Source of the DNA: an uncultured Pseudomonadota bacterium
GTDB lineage: Bacteria > Pseudomonadota > Alphaproteobacteria > JACZXZ01
Length of the DNA: 64,000 nucleotides
NCBI GenBank assembly: GCA_963749075.1
Contig: CAVVLJ010000017.1
Span: 1 to 64,000 of the forward strand
Reading direction: 5' to 3'
Part shown: piece after piece, positions 55,696 through 64,000 of the stretch
Position numbering within the stretch: the stretch's first letter is position 1
How the letters are laid out: every line of letters begins with the position of its first letter
Position numbers and translations under genes: made by a program
Notes under the pieces: model-generated
Seen by the model: the letters and a program-made list of their open reading frames with translations, nothing else
What the model was told of the DNA's origin: nothing
Databases searched by the model: none

Positions 55696-57432
55696 TCAGC
55701 CTCTTCCGGCCAGCCTCCGCATGTAATCGAGGAGATCGCTCGTGGCCAGGCCGTCGACCGGACGGCCGGTCTCGCGCTGGAAGAGCCGGATGGCCGCGAC
55801 GGTCTTCGGCTCGAGCTGGCCGCTGGCCGGCCCGGGAAGGTAGCCGAGGGACGCCAGCAACCGCTGAATCTCGGCGATGCGCGCGGACATGCTGAGAGAG
55901 CTCGCCGGCGGCAGGGCGGCTTGCGGCGCCGGCGCATTTTCGGCCGCCTTGGCCGGAGTCTGCGGCTCCGCGGGGGTTGCGGCGGGCACCGCCGCGGCCG
56001 GCTGGGCTGGCGGTGCGGCGGCCGGCGCCGCGGCGCCTGCCGGTGCCGTGCTTGCCGGCCCGGGCTGAGCGGGAGGTGCCGCGGCCGGCGGCGCGGGCTC
56101 TACTGGCGCCGCGGTGGCAGGTGCGGCGGCGCTTGCGGGCGGCGTGCTTGCCGCTACAGGCGGAGCGGGAGGTGCGGCGGCCGGCGGCGTTGGCGCGCTC
56201 CCGGCCTGGGGTGCTGCGGGTGCGGCAGCACTCGCCGCCGCAGATGCAGCGCTGCCGCCTTGCGCAACGAGCGGCGGTGCAGGTGCCGGGTTGGTGCCTT
56301 GGGGCTCGAGCGCGGGCTTGAGCGGGATGGAGGCGGCCGCCTCCTCGTAGGCGCGATTGCCTCGGGCGATCTCCTCCGCCGTCAGCCGGGCGCTCAAGGA
56401 GCCGAGATAGCTCCCCGCATCGGGGGCGCCGCCGCGCACGGCGATCTTGTACCATTTGTAGGCCTCGACCGTATCCTGCGGGCCGCCGCGCCCGCTCTCG
56501 CAGAGCACGCCGAGATTGACCGCCGCCACGGCGAGACCGTGCTCGGCCGCCTTGGTGAACCAGTCGCGTGCCGAGGCGTCGTTCTGTGCCACGCCCCTGC
56601 CCTCCGCATAGCCGTTGCCGACGTTGTACTCGGCAGGCGGATAGCCCTGCTTGGCGGCGCTCAGGTACCACAGCATCGCCAGCTCGGCATCCTTGCCCAG
56701 GCCCGAACCCTGCTCGTAGAGAACGCCCAGGCTGTATTGCGCCGCCGCGAGATCCTGAATTGCCGACTCGCGGAACCAACGCGCCGCCAGGGCGTAATCC
56801 CGCGTGACACCGTCGCCGCGCGCGTAACGCGTTCCCAGCTCGTATTGAGCGCGCGAATCGCCCTTGTTCGCCCGCGCCTGGAGGTCCTGGAGGCTGCCGG
56901 GCGGCGGTGCCGGGGCGGCGGAAGCGGCGGCCGGCGTCGTGGCCGGAGCGGCTGCCGGTGGCGCGGCGGGAGCGGCGTTGGCAACGGGAGCGCTCGCCGG
57001 CGGCGCCGCGGCAGCGGCGGCGGGCGACGCGGCGGGAGCGGCTGGTGTCGTTGGAGGCGGCGAGGCGGGAGCGGCTGGCGTCGCCGTTGCAGCCGGCGCT
57101 TGCGCCGCAGCAGCTTCGGGTGCCGCCGGCTTCTCCGCCGCCGTGGGCGCGCTCGCCACCGGCTGCCCGCCCGTTGCGGCTGGCGCGGGCGCCGGTTGCG
57201 CTGCCACCTCCAGCGCCTCGCTCTCGGCGGCGGATTTGTCGATGGCTGCGGCCTCCGTGTCGGGGGCGGCCGCCGCATTGACTGCAGCACCCGTGTCGAC
57301 GCCGAGGGAGGCACAGGAGGCGAGGGCGAGGAGTGCCGCAACCACGCCGGCGGCCGCGAGCCGCTCGGCACTTGGCGCCCGAATGAAACGCGGAGGCCTC
57401 GGCCTCTTCGCAGGCTCGCGGTCTAATGACAT
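55696..57432 (-). CDS. Ala/Pro-rich SEL1-repeat lipoprotein with C-terminal peptidoglycan-binding domain
   Basis: Lipobox LASC; four SEL1 repeats (AQYELG..Y..G.GV..D...A..W); IQRLL..LGY.PG...G.....T..AIR.FQ...G..VDG. Confidence 0.8.
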   Translation of the reverse strand: MSLDREPAKRPRPPRFIRAPSAERLAAAGVVAALLALASCASLGVDTGAAVNAAAAPDTEAAAIDKSAAESEALEVAAQPAPAPAATGGQPVASAPTAAEKPAAPEAAAAQAPAATATPAAPASPPPTTPAAPAASPAAAAAAPPASAPVANAAPAAPPAAAPATTPAAASAAPAPPPGSLQDLQARANKGDSRAQYELGTRYARGDGVTRDYALAARWFRESAIQDLAAAQYSLGVLYEQGSGLGKDAELAMLWYLSAAKQGYPPAEYNVGNGYAEGRGVAQNDASARDWFTKAAEHGLAVAAVNLGVLCESGRGGPQDTVEAYKWYKIAVRGGAPDAGSYLGSLSARLTAEEIARGNRAYEEAAASIPLKPALEPQGTNPAPAPPLVAQGGSAASAAASAAAPAAPQAGSAPTPPAAAPPAPPVAASTPPASAAAPATAAPVEPAPPAAAPPAQPGPASTAPAGAAAPAAAPPAQPAAAVPAATPAEPQTPAKAAENAPAPQAALPPASSLSMSARIAEIQRLLASLGYLPGPASGQLEPKTVAAIRLFQRETGRPVDGLATSDLLDYMRRLAGRG

Positions 57433-57565
57433 CGCACCACTCTCGCTCTTGCCCTGCGACGTATTACGTCAAAGACGCCCCAGGTCAATATGAGAAGAGC
57501 GAGGAAGGTGCCAATGCCGCGCGCCAGCGCGCAGCCAGGCGCGCCGGCTCACGCCGGCCGCGGCC

Positions 57566-57769
57566 TCAGAGGATGCCGCGCGTATGGAGCACAATGGCCC
57601 AATAGATCGGCCAGGTCACCGCATCCCAGCCGCCGCTGGCCAAGCTCACGAAGCAATTGTTCATGTAGGAGCAATGCGGCAACCTTTCGACAGCCTCCAT
57701 GAGAAAGGTCAACGCCGCCGGAACGCCGTAAAATAGAATCGCCAGGAAGCTTCCGTCGCCCTTGAACAT
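57566..57769 (-). CDS. Small membrane hypothetical protein
   Basis: 67-aa ORF with hydrophobic segment, two Cys and a WP.YW motif; non-shadow composition. Confidence 0.5.
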   Translation of the reverse strand: MFKGDGSFLAILFYGVPAALTFLMEAVERLPHCSYMNNCFVSLASGGWDAVTWPIYWAIVLHTRGIL

Positions 57770-58074
57770 CCTGCCACCCTAGATGCGCACCTCCGGCCGG
57801 CCGTCAAGCGGCCACGAGTGAGGGGCGAGAGCGGCCATCGCGTCGGCATCGCAGACGGATTGGCGCAGGCCGGCGCCGCAGAGGCGATGGCTCCCGATTG
57901 CCCGGACGAGTCCGCGGCCACCGGGTCGGGTTACAAAAATACTCCGATTTTGTTAAAAGCGAGTAATGGACTTTTACGAAAATGTTGCGACTCGGCGCAG
58001 CTCTCCACGAGCGCGCGTTCCAAATGGGCGCGCCGCGAAGAGCGGCGATGGCCGCGCAGTCGCGGCCGCGAACG

Positions 58075-59637
58075 TCAGCCGAAAGCCGGCGCTCGCGGCT
58101 TCTGCGTGAAATCGAGTCCGTCGAGCAGGTTGTAGGCCTTGGCGTCGCGCTCCTGGAGGGGCTCTAGGCCGAAGCGTGCCTCGACGAGGGCGAGCAGCGA
58201 GACGCTGTCGGCGACGCGGTGATCGACATAGCCGCGCCGCGACCACGGGCTCACCAGCAGCGCCGGAATGCGCGTGCCGCAGCCATAGGCGTCGGGACGG
58301 GGCGGCGCCACATGATCCCAGAGCCCGCCGCCCTCGTCGTAGGTGATGACGACCGCGGTCTTCTCCCAGAGAGAGCTCTCGCCGAGCGCTCTCAAGAGGC
58401 CCATCACCCATTGCTCGCCCCAGCGCGGCGCCGAGTTCGCGGGATGCTCGTCATGGGCGGCGGTCGCCTTGAGGAAGGCGAGCTGCGGCAGGCGGCCCGC
58501 CTTCACGTCCTCGAGAAAGTCGTCGCTGTCCCGCATGCGCCCGGCTTTCACGTTGGCGAACCAGCTGGGGTAATATTGGAAGGGATTGTGATGGGGGACA
58601 TAGGTGTTGTAGGTGTCGATGACGACCGAGCCGTCGCCCGCGCCGAAGGCGGTCTTGAGCGCCCAGGGCTTCACCGCGTTCCAGCCCTCGTTGTACCACG
58701 CCCAGGAGATGCCCGCGGCGCTCAGCCGGTCGCCGATGTTGGGATAGGTCTGCTCGTCCGGCGGCGGCGCCAGCTTGAGCGCCTCCGGAAGCGCCTCCGT
58801 CGGACCGTAGAGCGGCGGCACATCGTTGATCAGGATGCCTGCGCTGTCATAGGGCATGTCGAAGAGCGGCGGCGTGAGGTTGCCCCTCTTCTCCGGCGGC
58901 GCCTTCAGCCATTCCGCGGAGCGGGCTGCTACGAGATAGAGCACATTGCCGGTCGAGCCGCCCGACATGGCCTGGAAGAAGTGGTCGAAAAGGACGTACT
59001 CGTCGGCGAGGCGGTGGTAGTCGGGGATGTCCTCGCGCTCGTAGAAGCCGAGGACGGCGCCGGAGGGTGCCGATTGCGCCAGCATCATCGCGAGGGGATC
59101 CGCGGCGGCGGCCTTGTCGAAGGGCTTGTGCGACTTGCCGAGCGCCAGCGCCACGAAGCGATCCATGGCGCCGCCGTCGATCTGCGCGAACATGCGGAAG
59201 AAGTGATGCATCGGGTCCCAGGGCACGTTGTGGTCGGCCGGGACGTAGGGGGCGAGACGGAACGGCCGGTTCTCGAGAAGCGCATTCTGGAAGCCGGGGA
59301 TATCGTCGGGAACCGGGAGGATGGAATAGGGCACGCCGGCCTCGTTCTTCTGCAATCCGGCAAAACGCGCATCGATCTTCCCGTCCTTGTCCAGGAGGGT
59401 CTCCACCGCAGCGCCGCCGGGATGCCGATAGCTGCCGAAGTAATGATCGAAGCTCCGGTTCTCCTGATAGATGACCACGATGTGCTCGATCTTCTCGCGC
59501 AATCCCTGGAGGTCCGCCGCCGCCGGTGCTGCCGCGCGCGCGAATGGCGCGAGGCGCAAGCCGGCAAGCGCAGCCCCGCCGGCAAAGGCTACGCGCTTGA
59601 GGAAGGCACGGCGGCTTGGGCGAATGAAGCTCATCAT
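58075..59637 (-). CDS. Tat-exported phosphoesterase (acid phosphatase AcpA / phospholipase C family)
   Basis: SRRAFLK Tat motif; IEHIVVIYQENRSFDHYFG, D..HH, GGST.N, HHNPF, DEHP, TYDE.GG.WDHV.PP, G.RIP...VSP. Confidence 0.88.
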   Translation of the reverse strand: MMSFIRPSRRAFLKRVAFAGGAALAGLRLAPFARAAAPAAADLQGLREKIEHIVVIYQENRSFDHYFGSYRHPGGAAVETLLDKDGKIDARFAGLQKNEAGVPYSILPVPDDIPGFQNALLENRPFRLAPYVPADHNVPWDPMHHFFRMFAQIDGGAMDRFVALALGKSHKPFDKAAAADPLAMMLAQSAPSGAVLGFYEREDIPDYHRLADEYVLFDHFFQAMSGGSTGNVLYLVAARSAEWLKAPPEKRGNLTPPLFDMPYDSAGILINDVPPLYGPTEALPEALKLAPPPDEQTYPNIGDRLSAAGISWAWYNEGWNAVKPWALKTAFGAGDGSVVIDTYNTYVPHHNPFQYYPSWFANVKAGRMRDSDDFLEDVKAGRLPQLAFLKATAAHDEHPANSAPRWGEQWVMGLLRALGESSLWEKTAVVITYDEGGGLWDHVAPPRPDAYGCGTRIPALLVSPWSRRGYVDHRVADSVSLLALVEARFGLEPLQERDAKAYNLLDGLDFTQKPRAPAFG

Positions 59638-59835
59638 GGCCTCCTGACCTTGCGTTCGAACGTCGTTCATCCCATCCTTGCGGACGGGACTTGGCGCGCG
59701 CCGGCCTCCTGGCCGCGACGCGGCGCGGCGGCAGCCGAGCGCGCGCAGCACTTTGCCAATACCACGCTTCCATGACGGTTCTGGGAATGGACCGGCCGGC
59801 GTCAGGTCCGGCATCAGGTAAGGAAAATCCGCCTC

Positions 59836-60714
59836 ATGGCCGACGAGCTGGAAATCCCTAATCCCGCTCCGGAGGAAACCGGCGGCCGAGCCGCAATGGC
59901 CGAGCCGCCGTCTCCCAAGGCGCGCCGCTTCCGCTCGGCGGCACCCTACTATCTCCGGGGCCGGCCGACCTATTCGCCGCTCCTCATCCGCCATGTGGCG
60001 CGCATCTGTGGCTTGAGCAAGACGCAGAGGCTCCTCGATCTCGGCTGCGGGCCGGGCCAGCTTGCCATAGCCCTGGCGCCCTATGTCGGCGAGGTGGTGG
60101 CCGTCGATCCCGAGCCGGCCATGCTGCGCCTGGCCGCGGAGCACGCGGCCCAGAAGGGGGTCGTCATCCGCTTCATCGAGGGCAGCTCCGCCGACCTCGG
60201 CCCGGCGCTCGGCAGCTTTCGCATGGTGGCCATCGGGCGGGCGTTTCACTGGATGAAGCGCGCGGCGACGCTCGCAAGGCTCAACCGGCAGGTCACGGCC
60301 GGCGGTGCCGTGGTCCTCTTCCGCGACCGCCATCCGCATGTGCCGGACAACGCCTGGGAAGGGCCCTACAAGGCCCTCCTTGCCCGCTATGCCGGGGAAG
60401 ACGCCGGACGCGCGCCGCACCGCTCGCCGGACTGGCTCACCAACGAAGCCGTGCTGCTCGCCTCGCCCTTCAGCGATCTCGAGCGCATCTCCGTGATCGA
60501 GCGGCAGAGCACGCCGCCCGAAACCTTCGTCGATCGCGCCTTCTCCATGTCGAGCACGTCACCCGCCCGTCTCGGCGCCAGGTGCGAGGAGCTGGCGGAG
60601 CAAGTGAGGCGCCTCATGGCCTCCCACGCGAGCGAAGGCAAGGTGAGCGAGGTCGTGGAGACGGAAGCCCTGATCGCCCGCCGTCCGGCAGCGGCGGGCC
60701 GGCAGCCGGCCTGA
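59836..60714 (+). CDS. Class I SAM-dependent methyltransferase
   Basis: Y..GRP.Y, LLDLGCGPG, VDPEP.ML, AFHWM; start may be 59896. Confidence 0.85.
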   Translation: MADELEIPNPAPEETGGRAAMAEPPSPKARRFRSAAPYYLRGRPTYSPLLIRHVARICGLSKTQRLLDLGCGPGQLAIALAPYVGEVVAVDPEPAMLRLAAEHAAQKGVVIRFIEGSSADLGPALGSFRMVAIGRAFHWMKRAATLARLNRQVTAGGAVVLFRDRHPHVPDNAWEGPYKALLARYAGEDAGRAPHRSPDWLTNEAVLLASPFSDLERISVIERQSTPPETFVDRAFSMSSTSPARLGARCEELAEQVRRLMASHASEGKVSEVVETEALIARRPAAAGRQPA

Positions 60715-60754
60715 CGCGGATAGCGCCCGGCGCCGGCCGCCCAGCGGCCGCCCG

Positions 60755-61141
60755 CTATACGAGCTGCAGGAAGATCAGCACCATGCCGGCCACGGAGACC
60801 GCCCACACGCCGGTACGCACCCAGGGGATGCCGATCAGGTAGACCGGCACATAGACGAGGCGGGCCCAGAAGAACAGCTGAGCGCCCAGCACCGTCGTGG
60901 CATTGGCCTTGCCCGCGACGTGGGCCACCAGCACCAGGGCGGCAAACAGCGCGAAGTTCTCCAGCATGTTGCGGTGCGCGCGCTGGGCGCGGCCCACCCA
61001 GCCCTCGGGCGCCGGCAGGCCCTCGCGGTTGCCCGCGGCCGCCGGCAGGCCCACCTGCAGCATGGCACCCTGCGCGGCGATCATCGCTTGGATCAGCGTC
61101 AAGGCCGTCGACCAGACGAGCAGCTCGAGATCAGGCGACAT
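60755..61141 (-). CDS. MAPEG family membrane protein
   Basis: GNRE, RA.RAH.N.LEN..LFA, FF.ARL.Y...Y..G. Confidence 0.88.
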   Translation of the reverse strand: MSPDLELLVWSTALTLIQAMIAAQGAMLQVGLPAAAGNREGLPAPEGWVGRAQRAHRNMLENFALFAALVLVAHVAGKANATTVLGAQLFFWARLVYVPVYLIGIPWVRTGVWAVSVAGMVLIFLQLV

Positions 61142-61166
61142 GGCTTCCTCCCTCCGTTGATGACGT

Positions 61167-61628
61167 TCAATCCCGCGTCAGCGCCTCGGCCTCGTCCGCC
61201 AGCCGGCGGGCGAGCTCGGCCGAGAGCCGCTTCGCCAACTTGGCGTTGGCACCGCGCCAGATCGGAAGTGCCGCCTCCAGCCGGCGTGCGCCGGTCTCGG
61301 TAAGCCACACCATGCGGCGGCGCAGATCGGCCTCGACCATGGCGATCTCGATCAGCCCCTCGCCCTCGAGCGTGCGCAGATTGCGCGACAGCGTCGACTG
61401 ATCCATGCCGGTGCGCTGGGCCAAGGCACCGAGCGTGTCGTCCGAAATCACCGCGATCTGCGCCATCAGGCCGAGCTGCGCCACGCTCAGGCCGAGGCCC
61501 TGCATCTCGCGGTCGAGGAACTGGGTGATGCGCCGCGCGGCCAGCCGGCTGTTCCAGCCGGCGCAGGCCTCGACCGCGGCGCGGGCGTCCGTGCGAAGCG
61601 TCTTTCGCGGTTGCAAGCCGGCCTTCAT
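61167..61628 (-). CDS. MarR-family transcriptional regulator
   Basis: C...N.R.AARRIT...D, LA...GMDQSTLSRNL..LE..GLI, D.RRR.V.LT..G. Confidence 0.88.
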   Translation of the reverse strand: MKAGLQPRKTLRTDARAAVEACAGWNSRLAARRITQFLDREMQGLGLSVAQLGLMAQIAVISDDTLGALAQRTGMDQSTLSRNLRTLEGEGLIEIAMVEADLRRRMVWLTETGARRLEAALPIWRGANAKLAKRLSAELARRLADEAEALTRD

Positions 61629-61634
61629 GGGTAT

Positions 61635-61661
61635 ATGTATATGCACAATTTGCAGATACAT
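61635..61661. promoter_or_regulatory. MarR operator palindrome between divergent genes
   Basis: ATGTATATGCA-CAATT-TGCAGATACAT, a 10/11 AT-rich inverted repeat in the short divergent spacer. Confidence 0.7.
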
Positions 61662-61675
61662 GGAAGGACTATCTC

Positions 61676-62161
61676 ATGGACCGCGCGACCGGCCTCGAAT
61701 ACGGCGTGCCGACCCCGGCGCAAACCGCCGGCAAGAGCGGCCGGGAAATCCTTCAGGCCATCATCGACGGCAGGCTGCCGCGGCCGCCGATCTCGGAGAT
61801 TCTGTCCTTCCAGATCGTCGAAGTCGGCGACGGCTTCGCCGTCTTCTCGGGCGATCCGGGGCCGCACCTCCTCAATCCGATGGGCGGCGTGCACGGCGGC
61901 TGGGCGCTCACCCTGATCGACAGCGCCGGCGGCTGCGCCGCGCATTCCCTGCTGCCGGCCGGCTCCGGCTACGCGACGATCGAGACCAAGGCCAACTTCT
62001 CGCGGCCCATCGCCGCGGATGCCGGCCGCGTCCGCGCCGAGGGGCGCGTCGTCGCCCAGGGCCGCCAGATCATCTCGACCGAGGCCAAGGTGCTGAGTGC
62101 TGCCGGCAAGGTGTTGGCGCACGGCACCTCGACTATCCTGGTGCTGGGCGGCGCCAGGTGA
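61676..62161 (+). CDS. PaaI-family thioesterase
   Basis: NPMG.VHGG...TL.DSA.GCA, T.E.K.N..RP, G..LAHGTST. Confidence 0.9.
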   Translation: MDRATGLEYGVPTPAQTAGKSGREILQAIIDGRLPRPPISEILSFQIVEVGDGFAVFSGDPGPHLLNPMGGVHGGWALTLIDSAGGCAAHSLLPAGSGYATIETKANFSRPIAADAGRVRAEGRVVAQGRQIISTEAKVLSAAGKVLAHGTSTILVLGGAR

Positions 62162-62285
62162 GCCGGCCTGCGCGCGAGCGCGTTCGGCTCAGGATTGCCC
62201 CGACGGCAGAGCCCAGGCAGAATGACGGCGCAACCGGCGGCTGACGGGGACTGCCGGCCGAGCCCAGCAATAGGGGGATGATGCC

Positions 62286-62705
62286 ATGAGATTTTCGCGG
62301 AGATTGTCGGGCGCCTTGCTTTTCGCTGCCGCGCTCTTGGCGGCGGTGCCGGTCTTTGCTGCGGGGGCGGCTCCGCCCGCCGTTCCGGCCGGCCCTCTTC
62401 CGGTGCAATATAATTTGCCCGACCTGACCGGCGTCTGGCGCGGCAACGACGGCGGCACCTACTATATCCGCATGATCGGCACCGAAGTGTCCTGGCTCGG
62501 CGAGCGCGCGCCGGTGAACTCGCCCTGGGTCAATATCGCCCATGGCAGGGTGGAAGGCGACGGCGCCATCCATCTCCGCTGGGTCGATGTGCCCAAGGGC
62601 GGCACCAGCAGTGCCGGCGCCCTCGTCCTGCAGATCGTCTCGCCCGGCCAGCTCCGCGCCATCTCGAAATCCGGCGGGTACGCAGGGTCGGTCTGGACGC
62701 GATGA
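62286..62705 (+). CDS. Secreted hypothetical beta-rich protein
   Basis: Signal peptide; DLTGVW.GNDGGTYYIR, W.GE, W.DVPKG motifs. Confidence 0.7.
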   Translation: MRFSRRLSGALLFAAALLAAVPVFAAGAAPPAVPAGPLPVQYNLPDLTGVWRGNDGGTYYIRMIGTEVSWLGERAPVNSPWVNIAHGRVEGDGAIHLRWVDVPKGGTSSAGALVLQIVSPGQLRAISKSGGYAGSVWTR

Positions 62706-62751
62706 TCCTGACGCCGTAGGGGCGCGCGGCTGGCGGGGGTCAACGTGGCGG

Positions 62752-62913
62752 CATGACAACGCCGCGCCATCGGCAAGCGACGCGTGGGGACGTCAGTGGC
62801 GGCTGGACGCGACCATCGGGCGACACGGAAGTAGAGCGGTAATAGGAACGATCCGGATTGTGCGAGCCGGCGATAACACGCCGCGGTTTGTCAGCTGCTG
62901 GGCGCTGCGATGA
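62752..62913 (+). pseudogene. C-terminal remnant of DUF6883-like toxin partner
   Basis: WGRQWRLDATI.R.G.RAVI.TI.IVRAG...PRFVSCW resembles the C-terminus of genes normally upstream of DUF4926; ATGA overlap with it; no plausible start. Confidence 0.45.
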
Positions 62914-63146
62914 AAGTAGAGAAACGGACAAAGAGCGAATGGCCATCCCTCTTGGACGTGGTCGCACTGCTGACCGACCGTCCCGCGGAGGGACTTGCAC
63001 GCGGGCAGGTGGGCACGATCGTGGAGCGGCTTGACGACAATGCTCTGCTCGTAGAGTTCAGCGACGACCAAGGCCGCGCCTACGCGATCGCACCCTGCCC
63101 GCAGACGGAACTGCTCGTCCTGCACTACGTCCCCGAGGCGGCCTGA
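62910..63146 (+). CDS. DUF4926 family protein
   Basis: LLDVVALL.D.P..GL.RGQVGTIVE.L....LVEFSDD.G.AYA......LL.L.Y. Confidence 0.85.
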   Translation: MKVEKRTKSEWPSLLDVVALLTDRPAEGLARGQVGTIVERLDDNALLVEFSDDQGRAYAIAPCPQTELLVLHYVPEAA

Positions 63147-63200
63147 TCGACGTCGAACGACTGCATGGAAGGGGGCCGAGTGCGGCCCCACGGCATCCAG

Positions 63201-63245
63201 TGGCGCGCCCTGGTGGATTCGAACCAGCGACCCACAGCTTAGAAG
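63201..63245 (-). mobile_element. 3' half of tRNA-Arg(TCT): probable att site of an integrated element
   Basis: Minus strand reads CTTCTAA-GCTGT-GGGTC-GCTGG-TTCGAAT-CCACC-AGGGCGC-G-CCA; similarity stops at the 5' edge of the anticodon loop, no D-arm. Confidence 0.85.
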
Positions 63246-63272
63246 TTTTAACCTGCCTGCTCGGCCAAGCCC

Positions 63273-63671
63273 TTGGCCCGATTGCTCGCGGAAGCCACGG
63301 CGGTCCAGGCCGACCTGATCCGGCTCCGCGTCGCGCTGCGCTACATGCTGCACGACCTTAGACAGACCGGCCCCGAGACGGACGCCGTCAAGAACTTCAT
63401 ACGGCAGACCGGGCTCCCCGGCACGTGGGGCTCCGTCTCGTTCCAGGATTGGAGCGAGCACCCGGCCGCCGACCCGTGGAAGCGCGCCCGCGAGGAGCTC
63501 ACGCGTGCTGCCGACGCGCCGCTGCCCGCCCGAGATGGGGCGCGCGCCTCACGCGCGCCCCGTCCCCGCGCTCTGCGGCGCGGGGAGCGACCAGCCGGAG
63601 GTGTCGCGAACAACGCCGGCCGGCCGCCGCCGCCAAATCCTGTCCAGCTCCGGCGGCGGCGGGGCGTTTAG
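63273..63671 (+). CDS. Hypothetical protein or fragment inside the putative island end
   Basis: Protein-like central part (W..HPAA.PW..A...L...ADAPLP); termini unreliable. Confidence 0.35.
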   Translation: MARLLAEATAVQADLIRLRVALRYMLHDLRQTGPETDAVKNFIRQTGLPGTWGSVSFQDWSEHPAADPWKRAREELTRAADAPLPARDGARASRAPRPRALRRGERPAGGVANNAGRPPPPNPVQLRRRRGV

Positions 63672-63770
63672 CGAGGAGCGATGATGCCGCGGTTCGACGA
63701 GCGCGCCGCCGCCAGCTGCGTCTACTCTAAGCTAATTATCCTTTCTTGAATGATTTCAGGTTGACGTACC

Positions 63771-64000
63771 ATGGTACAAGCCGACGACACATTCGAGCCC
63801 GAGGTTTTTGCACGCGGACCCTACGGGTTCAAACAGCTTGACACCTATTCCGATGCAGGGCGCATACTTGATGTCCTTCAACGGCCATTTGACATCATGC
63901 GCTTTCGCCTCGTTTACGATGGGGAATTGAAGGCAGCTGGGAAGAACCCTCGAGGCCCCGAGAAATGGGCGCTTCGAAAGCGCTTCCGGCCGCAGCTTGC
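63771..64000 (+). CDS. Partial hypothetical protein, possibly RusA-like (runs off the window)
   Basis: Open from ATG 63771 to the end; MRFRLVYDGELKA...KW.LR..F.PQL; visibly lower GC; alternative start 63897. Confidence 0.5.
   Translation, partial: MVQADDTFEPEVFARGPYGFKQLDTYSDAGRILDVLQRPFDIMRFRLVYDGELKAAGKNPRGPEKWALRKRFRPQL

Noticed and set aside
55900-57300. GC-rich quasi-repeats as a tandem repeat locus
   Set aside because: Low-complexity Ala/Pro linker codons with no fixed period.
57925-57990. AT-rich tract as CtrA site or sRNA
   Set aside because: No TTAA-N7-TTAA match or terminator; probably an ordinary promoter region that I cannot define.
63201-63277. Intact tRNA-Arg gene
   Set aside because: No D-arm, 5' anticodon stem or 5' acceptor strand.

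Overview
Very GC-rich bacterial chromosomal segment, most likely from an alphaproteobacterium (Rhodospirillales-like). The evidence is alphaproteobacterial GAAC-N7-GAAC LexA boxes, CGTC-type REP repeats and imuA-imuB-dnaE2. The backbone is housekeeping, metabolic and transport genes (lemA/htpX, tcuA-like, TetR-OMF-MFP-RND efflux operon, pncA, queC, mtnA, nudF, dmeF, cysK, sseA, hisI, modBC), interspersed with accessory material. Most notable: (1) a conflict/signalling cluster at about 23.8-33.6 kb, made of a divergent pair (TIR-like/DUF4062-type Rossmann domain + nSTAND NTPase + TM + 12 exact 48-aa TPRs, facing TPR-S/DUF4071-like + SLOG-like + class III cyclase with non-canonical base-specificity residues) next to a coupled Tae-like amidase/immunity/secreted caspase operon; (2) an SOS mutagenesis cassette split by a vapBC module with its own promoter, translationally coupled to dnaE2; (3) six toxin-antitoxin loci, three of them decayed; (4) nested REP/MITE-like repeats, one inserted in frame in dnaE2; (5) the 3' half of tRNA-Arg(TCT), marking a probable island boundary at the right end. 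All family calls come from motif recognition by eye; no searches were run.
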